Assembly (NCBI GenBank): GCA_965249575.1
Contig: OZ252244.1
Coordinates: forward strand, 576,001 to 640,000
Length of the DNA stretch: 64,000 nt
DNA from: Gemmatimonadales bacterium
Lineage (GTDB): Bacteria; Gemmatimonadota; Gemmatimonadetes; Gemmatimonadales; GWC2-71-9
Reading direction: 5' to 3'
This document shows, one piece after another, positions 1 to 12,000 of the stretch; position 1 is the stretch's first letter; every line of letters starts with the position of its first letter. The translations under genes and the position numbers were made by a program. The notes beneath the pieces are model-generated. The model saw only the letters and a list, made by a program, of their open reading frames with translations. It was not told the DNA's origin and searched no databases.

Positions 1-1
1 T

Positions 2-163
2 CTGGCTGGATCGCCCCTGACCGAGCTCACGGTAACGAACACGATCCTCGTCCCGGAGTCGAGGATGTTTGACCGATTGAAGATCTTGTCGATCGCTCCG
101 CTGTTGTCGCGGGCGATCGCGAACACTCATAGCGACCAGTCGGTCAGCTCGCTGTTCGACTGA
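2..163 (+). CDS. prs: Ribose-phosphate pyrophosphokinase, 3' end (partial)
   Basis: Manual translation ...VTNTILVPE..LKILSIAPLLSRAIANTHSDQSVSSLFD* matches the PRPP synthase C-terminus; canonical prs-rplY-pth order. Confidence 0.92.
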   Translation: MAGSPLTELTVTNTILVPESRMFDRLKILSIAPLLSRAIANTHSDQSVSSLFD

Positions 164-185
164 CGGCTGGAGGTACGGTTCCATT

Positions 186-854
186 ATGGCGCAGACGATC
201 ACATTGAAGGCCGAGGCCCGCTCCACTAAGGGCAAGGGCGCCGCGCGACAGCTTCGCGCCCAGGGAAAAGTCCCGGCGGTCGTGTACGGACATGGACGCA
301 CGCCAGAGTCGCTGATCCTGTCCGCCAGCGACCTCGAGAAAGCCCTGACCGGAGTGTCGGCTGAGAGCACGCTGGTGGACCTCAAGATCGGACGGCAAAG
401 AGTCAAGACCCTCATCCGCGAGGTTCAGCGTCACCCCACTCGGTCTGAGATCACCCACGTGGACTTCCTCGAGATTCACGCCGACGAGAAGATCAGACTT
501 TCGGTGCCCATTCACCTCGAGGGGAGCCCGGACGGCGTGCGGAATGCGGGAGGCGTGCTCGACCAAGTGCTCCGGGAAATCGAGATCGAGGTATTGCCGC
601 GAGACATCCCGGAACGCTTCACCCTCGACGTCACCGAACTCGGTGTGGCCAAATCGCTGCACGTGCGGGACATTGCGCTCGGCGATTTGACGGTGTTGAC
701 GGATCGGGATGCGACGGTGTGCACGGTCATTCCGCCACGAGTCGAGGAAGAGGTGGCGGAACCGGCTGAGGTCGCTCCGGAGGAGGCTGAAGAACCCGAG
801 CTGATCCGCAAGCCGAAGGCGGAAGAAGAAGGCGAAGCGAGCGACGAGGTCTGA
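186..854 (+). CDS. rplY: 50S ribosomal protein L25 / Ctc long form
   Basis: RSTKGKGAARQLR, VPAVVYG, HVDF; acidic C-terminal tail; GGAGG RBS. Confidence 0.97.
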   Translation: MAQTITLKAEARSTKGKGAARQLRAQGKVPAVVYGHGRTPESLILSASDLEKALTGVSAESTLVDLKIGRQRVKTLIREVQRHPTRSEITHVDFLEIHADEKIRLSVPIHLEGSPDGVRNAGGVLDQVLREIEIEVLPRDIPERFTLDVTELGVAKSLHVRDIALGDLTVLTDRDATVCTVIPPRVEEEVAEPAEVAPEEAEEPELIRKPKAEEEGEASDEV

Positions 855-856
855 AC

Positions 857-1430
857 CTGCGCGCAGTGGTCGGTCTCGGAAACCCCGGCCCGGCATACGC
901 GGCGACGCGACACAACGCGGGCTTCATGCTAGCCGACATGCTGGCGGTGCGGTGGGATTTGCCGCCCTTCCGGCGTTCGGGGCCTTCGCGGGTAACGCGA
1001 GGCACCGTCAACGGCAGCCCGATCGTTCTCCTCAAGCCCGAAACGTACATGAACCGCAGCGGGCCCGCGCTCCGACCCATGCTCGAGGCCGGCGTCAACC
1101 CCAGCCGGGACCTTCTGGTGCTCGTGGACGACTTTGCGCTGTCCCTGGGGCGATTCCGGCTCCGCGCCCACGGTTCGGCGGGAGGACACAACGGGCTCGA
1201 GAGCGTCGAGGAGGTTCTCGACACGCAGAATTACGCCCGCCTGCGAATCGGGGTGGGCCCGCTCCCCGACTGGCTCGACGACAGCGCCGAGTTCGTACTG
1301 TCGCCATTTGAACCCGAAGAGTTCGAGACGCTCGAAGAGCTCTTGCCTACGCTGATGGATGCCGTCACGTGTTGGATCAGCGAGGGCATCGAGACTGCCA
1401 TGAACCGATTCAACCGACGAGGTCCCCAGA

Positions 1431-1438
<8 letters not shown>
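857..1438 (+). CDS. pth: Peptidyl-tRNA hydrolase (start CTG 857 or GTG 866)
   Basis: [37 protein letters not shown]. Confidence 0.96.
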
Positions 1439-3488
<2,050 letters not shown>

Positions 3489-3489
3489 A

Positions 3490-3570
3490 TAGAGAGTAGG
3501 GAGTAGGGGCAGGGGCATGGGGAGTGTTCCTCGTTTCCAGCTCCCGTCCCCTACGCCCTACCCCCTAACC
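3490..3570. repeat. Intergenic imperfect inverted repeat built from short (6-7 nt) purine-rich / pyrimidine-rich units
   Basis: gagtagg gagtagg ggcagg ggcatgg ... cccctac gccctac cccctaa between hppA and ychF. Confidence 0.55.
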
Positions 3571-3571
3571 C

Positions 3572-4669
3572 ATGCTTCGCCTCGGGATCGTCGGCCTGCC
3601 GAACGTCGGGAAGTCGACGCTCTTCAGCGCGCTGACGAAGGCGGACGCCCCCGCCGAGAACTACCCCTTCTGCACCGTCGATCCGAACCTCGGGGTCGTA
3701 CCCGTGCCAGATCCCCGTCTCGACGCCCTGGTCGAGCTCACGAAACCCGAGAGAGTCATGCCCGCCACAGTGGAGTTCGTCGATATCGCCGGGCTGGTCA
3801 GGGGGGCGAGTCGGGGCGAAGGGCTGGGTAACCAATTTCTCGGCCAAATCCGGCAGGTGGATGCCATCGTGCACGTGCTGCGGTGCTTCGAGGACCCCGA
3901 CGTGGCGCACGTCATGGGCCCCGTCGACCCCATCCGAGATCACGACGTCGTGACCGCAGAGCTGGCCCTCGCCGACCTTGCCGCAGTCGAGCGCCGGATG
4001 GAGAAGTCCGGGAAGGCCGCCCGCGGCGACGACAAGGAAGCCCAGGCCGAGCTCACACTCCTCGAGGCGGCTCAGCGCGAGCTCGACGCGGGCCGTGGCG
4101 CCCGGGCGGCAGCCACGGACGAGCGGGTGCTCCTCCGGTTCAAGCGTTTGGGACTGCTGACCGCGAAGCCGATTCTCTACGCGGCCAACGTAGCGGAGGC
4201 GGATCTCGCGACCGGCGGATCATGGGTGGAGAAGCTCCGGGCAACGGTGCGTGCACACCATGAGGAGGCAGGCATCGTCACGTTCTCCGCTCGGCTGGAA
4301 AAGGAGCTCGCGGCGCTCAGCCCGGCCGAGCAGGCGGAATACCTCTCGGCAAGCGGCGTTGAGGAACCGGGACTCGACCGGCTCATTCACGCCGGGTACC
4401 AGCTCCTCGGGCTCCAGACGTTCTTCACTGTGGGGGAAAACGAGGTCCGCGCGTGGACGGTTGCCGCCGGGAGCACGGCATATCAGGCAGCCGGTGAGAT
4501 TCATACCGACTTCCAGCGGGGATTCATACGGGCAGAGACCATTGCCGCCGCAGATTTCGTGAAGCTCGGCGGGTACAAGGAGGCACGGGAGGCCGGGGCC
4601 ACGCGCGCCGAGGGACGCGACTACGTGCTGCGCGACGGCGACGTCGTGCTATTCAGATTCAACGTCTAG
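3572..4669 (+). CDS. ychF: Redox-regulated ATPase YchF
   Basis: GIVGLPNVGKST, NYPFCT, DIAGLVRGAS, IHTDFQRGFIRAE, FRFNV end. Confidence 0.97.
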   Translation: MLRLGIVGLPNVGKSTLFSALTKADAPAENYPFCTVDPNLGVVPVPDPRLDALVELTKPERVMPATVEFVDIAGLVRGASRGEGLGNQFLGQIRQVDAIVHVLRCFEDPDVAHVMGPVDPIRDHDVVTAELALADLAAVERRMEKSGKAARGDDKEAQAELTLLEAAQRELDAGRGARAAATDERVLLRFKRLGLLTAKPILYAANVAEADLATGGSWVEKLRATVRAHHEEAGIVTFSARLEKELAALSPAEQAEYLSASGVEEPGLDRLIHAGYQLLGLQTFFTVGENEVRAWTVAAGSTAYQAAGEIHTDFQRGFIRAETIAAADFVKLGGYKEAREAGATRAEGRDYVLRDGDVVLFRFNV

Positions 4670-4710
4670 TCCAGTCAGCGGGCTACCGGCATGCGGGGCC
4701 CTTGTAGGCC

Positions 4711-4807
4711 TTTCCCGAGCTACGCAAGCCGCGTATCTTCTACGCTCACTAACCACCTACTCCGTCCAGCACCGGGACGGGGTCGCCTGAGTCCAAAGGA
4801 AGGTGTA
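4711..4807 (+). promoter_or_regulatory. Putative rpsF promoter and structured leader (candidate S6:S18 autoregulatory element)
   Basis: TTTCCC-17-TATCTT (4711-4739); cacct (4754-58) can pair with aggtg (4801-05) over the RBS; inner ccgtcc/ggacgg hairpin. Confidence 0.45.
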
Positions 4808-5224
4808 ATGACTCGTCGCTACGAGATCGTCTACATTTTCGACAGTACCCTCGAGGAACAGGAGGTCAACACCCGCCTGGAGCGATTCAATGGGCTCTTG
4901 GCCGGCGCGGAGGCCTCCACCCCCGTGACAGACGTCAGTCATTGGGGCAAGCGCACCCTCGCATACCCGATCAAAGGACGCGACACCGGATACTACGTTG
5001 TCGTGCACTTCGAGTCGGTAGCCACGGCGCTTGGGGAGTTCGAGCGGGCGATTGGGTTGGACGAAGGGGTATTGCGATACCTGCTGGTGCTGAACGAGGG
5101 TGAAGCACCCAGGCCGCCGCGGCCAGACAGTGACTCAGACCGCGGCACGGGACGAGGCGCGCCTGAGCCCCAAGCGCCTGAGCCCCAAGCGTCGGAGGCC
5201 CAAGCGTCGGAGGCCAAGGCATGA
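4808..5224 (+). CDS. rpsF: 30S ribosomal protein S6
   Basis: [31 protein letters not shown]; start moved to the ATG after the AAGGAAGG RBS. Confidence 0.96.
   Translation: MTRRYEIVYIFDSTLEEQEVNTRLERFNGLLAGAEASTPVTDVSHWGKRTLAYPIKGRDTGYYVVVHFESVATALGEFERAIGLDEGVLRYLLVLNEGEAPRPPRPDSDSDRGTGRGAPEPQAPEPQASEAQASEAKA
5159..5218 (+). repeat. 4 x 15-nt tandem repeat in the S6 C-terminal tail ([20 protein letters not shown])
   Basis: gcgcctgagccccaa x2, then gcgtcggaggcccaa and gcgtcggaggccaag. Confidence 0.9.
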
Positions 5225-5442
5225 GAAGGCCCTCCAAGACCTGTGCGGTATGTGAGTCGGGTGTACGAGTACTCGACTACAAGGACGAGCGAACCCTCAC
5301 GCGCTTCATTACCGAGCGGGGGAAGATCCTGCCCAGCCGCCTGTCCGGCATGTGCTCCCGCCATCAGCGGCAGCTCGGAACCGCAGTCAAGCGGGCACGG
5401 CACCTGGCACTCTTGCCCTTTATCAAAGGGCACGCGGGATAG
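5221..5442 (+). CDS. rpsR: 30S ribosomal protein S18 (zinc-binding form)
   Basis: [39 protein letters not shown]. Confidence 0.97.
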   Translation: MRRPSKTCAVCESGVRVLDYKDERTLTRFITERGKILPSRLSGMCSRHQRQLGTAVKRARHLALLPFIKGHAG

Positions 5443-6402
5443 ATGCCGACGTCGTCCGGCGACGAATCCGGGCGAGTGTTGTGGCGCCTGGTTCTCGCGG
5501 TCGTCGCTTTCTCGCTGTTTGCCGAAACCCCGCTCTTCTTGTTTCCGCTGGCTGCGTTGCTGCTCGTCTCGCGGCCGCAACGGGTCGGCGAGGCCGTGGC
5601 ATTTGCCGTCGCGGGTGCAGCCAGCGTCTGGTGGTTGCTTCAGATTGGGGCACCTCCGCAGCAATTGACTCGCTCGGCGGTCCTCATGAGCACCGCCGCC
5701 TTCGTCGCGGCCACCACACTTTGGTCAGGCACGTTTACACACCGGGCACTCCTGGCCATTGCCGCGTCCGCGGTTGCGGTCGGCGGGTGGTTTGTTCCCT
5801 TCGGCCGGTCTTGGAACGAGGTGCATTGGTGGGTGGAGCATCAATACAACGTGCAAACCGGTGCCTTCTTGGCCGAGCTCCGGCAAATGGCTACTACGAG
5901 CGCCGCGGCCAATAGGCTAGTAGTGCAAGTGGATGCGGTTCTCGAGAGCGCGGTGCGCTTCGTGGCGGACTATTACCCCGCGATACTGGCACTCCAGCTG
6001 CTGGCCGGTCTAGCCCTCGCAACGGCTGTCTACCAACGGATTGCTTCGAGACCGGTCGGACCTGGGCTGGGGCCACTGCGACACTTTCGCTTTTCGGAAC
6101 ACCTGGGCTGGGCTGCCGCGGTGCCGCTCATCCTGATCGTGACCAGCAAGGCATCGGCCCTCAAGGTCGTGGCCGGCAATCTCCTCCTGGTGCTTGGGAT
6201 GCTGTACACCTTTCGTGGGGCCGCGGTTTTCGGTTTTGGGCTGTGGCTCGCAGGTGGAGCTGGCTTGTTCACGACCGCGCTGATCACCATCGTGCTCGTG
6301 TTCATGTTGCCGGTCGCCGCCGCCGGTGCGCTCCTCCTCGGAATCGTCGACGCGGGCATGGATCTCCGCCGACGTTGGCTCACTTCAGCCGCGAGAGACT
6401 AG
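5443..6402 (+). CDS. DUF2232/YybS-like polytopic membrane protein
   Basis: Many hydrophobic helices; position between rpsR and rplI; ends GIVDAGMDLRRR. Confidence 0.7.
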   Translation: MPTSSGDESGRVLWRLVLAVVAFSLFAETPLFLFPLAALLLVSRPQRVGEAVAFAVAGAASVWWLLQIGAPPQQLTRSAVLMSTAAFVAATTLWSGTFTHRALLAIAASAVAVGGWFVPFGRSWNEVHWWVEHQYNVQTGAFLAELRQMATTSAAANRLVVQVDAVLESAVRFVADYYPAILALQLLAGLALATAVYQRIASRPVGPGLGPLRHFRFSEHLGWAAAVPLILIVTSKASALKVVAGNLLLVLGMLYTFRGAAVFGFGLWLAGGAGLFTTALITIVLVFMLPVAAAGALLLGIVDAGMDLRRRWLTSAARD

Positions 6403-6405
6403 GCA

Positions 6406-6849
6406 ATGGATGTGATACTGAGAGAAGATATCGCCAAGCTCGGACGCACCGGTGAAGTCGTCCGGGTCAAGGATGGGTACGCCCGGAACTACCTTCTCCC
6501 TCGGGGTCTGGCATATCATGCTACCGAAGGCAATCGGCGCCGTCTCCAAGTGGAAGCCACGCAATCCCTGGTGAAGGCGGCAGGTGAGCGTTCGTCGGCC
6601 GAAGAGTTCGCGCGCCAGATCGAAGCCCAATCCCTCACCTTTGCCGCGAAGGCGGGCGAGGGGGACAAGCTCTTTGGATCGATCACGGCCGGCGATATCG
6701 GCGAGAAGCTCGCCGAGCTTGGCTTTACGATCGATAAGCGGGTCATCGAGCTGGAAGAACCCCTCAAGCTGATCGGTGGGTACACAGTCCCGGTGCGGGT
6801 TCACCAGGAGGTCAAAGCCCAACTGCGAGTGTGGGTCGTGAAGGAGTAG
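6406..6849 (+). CDS. rplI: 50S ribosomal protein L9
   Basis: MDVILREDI, VKDGYARNYLLPRG, KLFGSIT. Confidence 0.98.
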   Translation: MDVILREDIAKLGRTGEVVRVKDGYARNYLLPRGLAYHATEGNRRRLQVEATQSLVKAAGERSSAEEFARQIEAQSLTFAAKAGEGDKLFGSITAGDIGEKLAELGFTIDKRVIELEEPLKLIGGYTVPVRVHQEVKAQLRVWVVKE

Positions 6850-6850
6850 C

Positions 6851-8686
6851 GTGCCCACCGGGATAGGTATCACCTATCTCGACGGCCGCAGACTTGCCAG
6901 GAGCTTGGCGGCGGCCGCGGACTGGGTCGATGCCCTGCGGGAGGAACTCAACCGGATCAACGTCTTCCCGGTTCCTGACGGCGATACTGGAACCAACTTC
7001 GCCTCGACGCTGCGAGCGGTCGCCGACGCCGTGAGCGCGCCCGGGCACCGGCCGCTACAAGTAATCTCACAGACGGTTGCCGAAGCCGGCATCCTGGCCG
7101 CCCGCGGCAATTCCGGTCTCCTCTTCTCCGAATTCCTATCTGGCTTTCAGGATGGATTGGGCGGCGTCCAGCGCGCCACCACCGACCACGTGGCTGCGGC
7201 CATGCGCGTGGGAGCAGACCGCCTGGCGGCTGCGTTGGATGAGCCGGTCGAGGGAACGATCCTCACGCTGGCCCGAGAGACAGCCATCGCGGCTGAGCGC
7301 TCCGCGCGGGCAACGAAGAATTTTGAAGTCCTCCTATCCGAGGTGGTGCGGCACGCGAAACGTTCTCTCGAACAGACACCCGAGCTGCTCCCCTCGCTCA
7401 AGGAGGCGGGGGTCGTAGATGCCGGAGCTAAAGCATTCGTGCGAACGCTCGAGGGCATTCTCCGACTCATGAAGGGCCAGCCAGTCGCCGATACAGCGCA
7501 GCCGGCAGTGGGTGAGACCCACGATGCCGCGGCGGTGGCGCGGGTGTCGGCGAACCGCGACTATCGTTTCTGCACGCAGGTGTTAGTGCGCGGAGAAGGC
7601 CTGCCCGAGACCGCCGCCGTTCGAGCAGCGCTGCGGGATCTGGGAGGGTCGGTTGTGGCGCTGGGAGGGCGCGAGCTCCTCAAGCTCCACATCCACACCG
7701 ATACACCCGAGCGCGTCTTCGAGCTCGCCTCAACGTGGGGGGAAGTGGAGTCGCGGAGCGCCGAAGACGTTCGTGAGCAGCATCGGATGCGCCACCAAGC
7801 ACTCCGGACCCTCACGGTAGTCGTGGATTCCTCGTGCGATCTGCCACAGTCGCTCGTCGACCGATATGGAGTACTCGTAGTTCCCCTTCAAATCATCGCG
7901 GGCAACCGAACCTATCAGGACGGAGTGGATCTGAAGCGCGGGCAGGTGTACGAACTGATGCGCGACGCGGGAACTCCGGTGACGACGTCGCAGCCCCCGC
8001 CCGGAGCCTTCGCGAACGCGTACCGGGAAGGGCTGGGGACCGCGCAGGAGGTGTTATGCCTAACCCTCGCATCGGCTCTGTCGGGTACGTTCAGCTCGGC
8101 CCAGGCAGCCGCACGTGTGCACGGCGGATCGGGCATTACCGTGGTGGACTCGAGGAGCGGGTCCCTGGGGCTGGGGCTACTCGCCCTTCGTGCCGTCGAG
8201 CTTGCCGACCGTGGTCTCGAGCCAGCGGCGATCTGCGCTGATCTGGAGCGCACGCGCGCCCGTTCCGGAGGTCTCTTCACGGTCGACACGTTTGAGAACC
8301 TGCTCCGATCTGGGCGCGTGTCCCGCAGCCGGGCATGGCTCGGGAGCTTGCTCGACCTCAAGCCGATCCTGGAAATCGATCAGCGCGGTCGGGTCGTGCC
8401 GCTAGATCGCGTGCGGGGCCAAACGGCTCTCCTCCCGCGGGTGCTCGATCATCTCGAGCGGCGTCTCACACCCGGGGTGCGCCACCTCCGGTTCGGCGTG
8501 ACCCACGCCAACGCCGAGAAGACGGCACACGAGGTCGCGGCGGCTCTGGTCGCGCGATTCAGCCCAGCCGCCTGCGTGGTAGCCCCCGTTACGGCGACAA
8601 TCGGAGTGCATACGGGTCCTGGTGCCTGGAGTATCTTCTATCAGGAGGAAGACGATTCACTCGAAGCGGCCGAAACACCGCGCTAG
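6851..8686 (+). CDS. DAK2 + DegV fusion (FakA/FakB-like fatty-acid kinase)
   Basis: LNRINVFPVPDGDTGTN, ARGNSG, VVDAGA, KLHIHTD, then DegV motifs VVDSSCDL, TTSQP, LSGT, GVHTGPG. Confidence 0.88.
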   Translation: MPTGIGITYLDGRRLARSLAAAADWVDALREELNRINVFPVPDGDTGTNFASTLRAVADAVSAPGHRPLQVISQTVAEAGILAARGNSGLLFSEFLSGFQDGLGGVQRATTDHVAAAMRVGADRLAAALDEPVEGTILTLARETAIAAERSARATKNFEVLLSEVVRHAKRSLEQTPELLPSLKEAGVVDAGAKAFVRTLEGILRLMKGQPVADTAQPAVGETHDAAAVARVSANRDYRFCTQVLVRGEGLPETAAVRAALRDLGGSVVALGGRELLKLHIHTDTPERVFELASTWGEVESRSAEDVREQHRMRHQALRTLTVVVDSSCDLPQSLVDRYGVLVVPLQIIAGNRTYQDGVDLKRGQVYELMRDAGTPVTTSQPPPGAFANAYREGLGTAQEVLCLTLASALSGTFSSAQAAARVHGGSGITVVDSRSGSLGLGLLALRAVELADRGLEPAAICADLERTRARSGGLFTVDTFENLLRSGRVSRSRAWLGSLLDLKPILEIDQRGRVVPLDRVRGQTALLPRVLDHLERRLTPGVRHLRFGVTHANAEKTAHEVAAALVARFSPAACVVAPVTATIGVHTGPGAWSIFYQEEDDSLEAAETPR

Positions 8687-8700
8687 CCCGCGGCTCCACG

Positions 8701-9066
8701 ATGGGTAAGACCCGCTGGGAATTCCCCAATGAGATCCGGCTGGTGCTCGAGGTGCTCGAGGAGCACCGGGCGGCCGACGTCACCGTCCTGGACTTGCGGG
8801 AGCTGAGCGACGCCACGGATTATTTCATAATCGCAACCGGCTCCTCGGACACGCACGTCCGTGCACTCACCGAGCGACTCGCGGAAACGCTAAAGAAGAT
8901 GGGCGCGCAACCGCACCACATCGAGGGATTGCAGGCTGGACGGTGGGTACTGCTAGATTTCGTCGATTTCGTGATACACGTGTTTCATCCCACCCTGCGG
9001 GAGTTCTACCAGTTGGAGCGGCTGTGGTCCGACGCCCCGTCGTTGGTATCCAGCGGGGGCGTTTGA
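8701..9066 (+). CDS. rsfS: Ribosome silencing factor
   Basis: DVTVLDLR, TDYFIIATG, WVLLDFVDFVIHVF, REFYQLERLW. Confidence 0.95.
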   Translation: MGKTRWEFPNEIRLVLEVLEEHRAADVTVLDLRELSDATDYFIIATGSSDTHVRALTERLAETLKKMGAQPHHIEGLQAGRWVLLDFVDFVIHVFHPTLREFYQLERLWSDAPSLVSSGGV

Positions 9067-9068
9067 CG

Positions 9069-12000
9069 GTGCTGCATCGGGCAATGCTTGTGGTCGGGCT
9101 CGCGGCGACCCTGCCGGGTGGCGTCGAGGCCCAGTATTTCGGCCAGAACAAGGTTCAGTACCGCCACATGGATTTCTCGGTCATCGCGACCGAACACTTC
9201 GACATCCACTACTACGATGGCCACCGTCAGGCGGCAATTGACGCGGCCCGGATGGCCGAACGGGCCTACGCCCGACTCTCGCACATCCTCAATCACGAAT
9301 ACCGCCAGCGACAACCGATCATCCTGTACGGATCCCACACGGAGTTCCAGCAGAACAACGTCACCGACATCGCCGAGGGCACCGGCGGAGTCACGGATCC
9401 GTTCCGCCACCGCGTCATGCTCCCGTTTACAGGATCGGCGAACGACTTCGAGCATGTGTTGCAACACGAAATCGTGCACCAGTTCCAGTTCGACGTGTTC
9501 GCGCGCGGACGGATCGGGGCGGGCATCCAGCGGCTGATATCGGTCAATCCTCCGCTCTGGCTCATGGAGGGCATGGCCGAATACCTCTCGCTCGGGGCAA
9601 TCGACGCCAATACGGCCATGTGGTTGCGGGATGCGGCGCTCGAGGGACGGCTACCGACCATCGAACAACTCACGTATGACCCCCGGGTGTTCCCTTATCG
9701 GTTCGGTCACGGCCTGTTAGCGCACATCGGTTCCCGGTGGGGGGACGAAGCAATCGGTGAGATCCTTCACGCCGTCGCCGCTTCGGGAGTCGAACAGGGA
9801 CTGCAGCGCGCCCTCGGGATGTCGCTGGAAGAGCTCTCAGAAGAATGGCGAACGGCGGTCCAGCGAGCATACCTCCCGGAAATCGCCGATCGCCAGCGGC
9901 CCCGCGAGTTCGGGCGACCGGTGCTCACGCGGCGCCGTTCCAGCGGCACGCTGCACGTATCGCCCGCCTTGTCCCCTGATGGCAGTGAGATCGCCTATTT
10001 CTCGGAGGGGAAGTCCTTCTTCGTCGATCTCTACGTCGCCGACGCCGAGACCGGCAAGGTGCGCCGGCGCCTGGTGAAGAGCGCATTCAGTACCGACTTC
10101 GAGAGCGTACGGTTCTTGAATTCGTCCGGCACGTGGTCGCGGGACGGCAAGTACTTCGCTATCGCCGCCAAGCGGGGTGGCCGGGACGACCTCGTGATTT
10201 TCGACATGAAACGCTATCGGGTCCACCGCCGGATCGAGGTGCCGCTGGCTGGCCTAACGAATCCTTCGTGGTCCCCCGACGGAACCCGCCTCGTGTTCAC
10301 CGGCTATGACGGGGGACTGTCCGACCTGTACATCATCAATGTCGACGGCACCGGCATCTCGCGACTCACCCACGACCGGTTCGCAGATCTGCATCCGGTC
10401 TGGTCGCCCAACGGAATGACGATCGCGTTTGCCACCGATCGTGGGGATGATAGTGATCTCGAGAGCCTCAAGTTTGGCTCATTGAAGGTCGCCCTCTACA
10501 GCATTCGCTCCGGACGTATCGACGTATTGCCATCTATGCAGGGGGCCAACAGCAACCCTCAGTGGGGGCCCGACGGCCGGACGATCGCCTACCTCTCCGA
10601 TCGGACGGGCGTTCGAAACGTGTTTCTCCACGACCTCAATGAGGCTGTCGATTACCAGCTCACCGACGTCTTCACGGGTATAGCGGGCATCACACCGCTT
10701 TCCCCCGCCCTTTCATGGGCGATCGAAGCCGACAGGCTGGCCTTCTCCCACTACGAGCGCGGGCGATACAACGTCTACGCAGTCGACAACCCCCGCTCGC
10801 TCCGGCGCCAGCCATACCGCAACGCGGACCCAGCGCCGATCGTCGTAGCGTCGGCGTCGCAGACCACAGACGCCGTCGCGCGCGCTGCCTCTCCTCCCAT
10901 GCAACCGGCGAACCCGGATCGGCCCAAACGCTCTCTCGTGGCCGAAGCGGCCTCCTACTATCGCTTTTCGGGAGGCTTTCGCGCGTCCGAGGTGGTGCCG
11001 GCGGACGGGCGAACCGAACATCCGGTATCAGTAATGCGGCTCTTGGACAGCGCGAACTTGGCGCTGCCGGATACGAACGAGTTCATCTTCCGAACGTATG
11101 CCGCGAAACTCAGCCCCGACTACGTCGTGCGCCCGACCGTTGGATACGCGCGCGACAACTTCGGCAGCGGCGTGTTCGGCGGAACCGCGATCTCGCTGTC
11201 AGACATCCTGGGTAACCACCGCATGGTGCTCGCCGGGCAGGTCAACGGGAGAATAGATGAAGCGCAGGTGCTCGGGGCATACGCGAATCTGAGCCGCCGG
11301 ACCAATTGGGCGGCCGGCATCCAACAGGATCCCATTTTCTTCTATTCTGGCAGCGGCTTTGGATCTGATGCGCAGGGCAATCCCGCCTTCACCACGCGCC
11401 TCGAGCGATTTGTGGTGCGCCAGGCATTCATCGAAGCCTTCCGGCCTTTTAACCGTTTCCGGAGAATCGAGTTCGGGATGAAAGCCGTGAACGTCGATCG
11501 AGCACTCCAGACATTTGAAGAAGCCTACGATCCCGTATCCGGCCTGATCTACGATGCGAGGCTCGACGTGCAGGGCCTTGGAAGCAACAGCTACATCCAG
11601 CCGACCATCGCCATGGTTTTCGACAACTCACTGTCCCTGTACGTCGGTCCGTTCGCCGGCCGGCGCAGCCGATTCGAGTATTCGCCGGCGTACGGCCAGT
11701 GGCGCTTCCACCAGTTCTTGGGCGATTATCGGCGGTACGACCGCCTCCTGGGACCGTTCACGCTCGCTACGCGGCTCCTCTTCTTCGGAAGGTTCGGCCG
11801 AGACAGCGAGCAGTTCCCGCTGTTCCTGGGTCGGCCAGAGCTGGTGCGTGGGTACACGGCGGGTTCCTTCCGTCGGAACGAGTGTCGGGCGAGCAGCCCC
11901 GCTACGCTGTCTTCGTGCGGCGCGCTGGATCAACTGAGCGGCTCGAGAGTAGCGGTGGCCAACGCCGAACTTCGCTTTCCGCTCCTGCGGCAAGCTGCGC

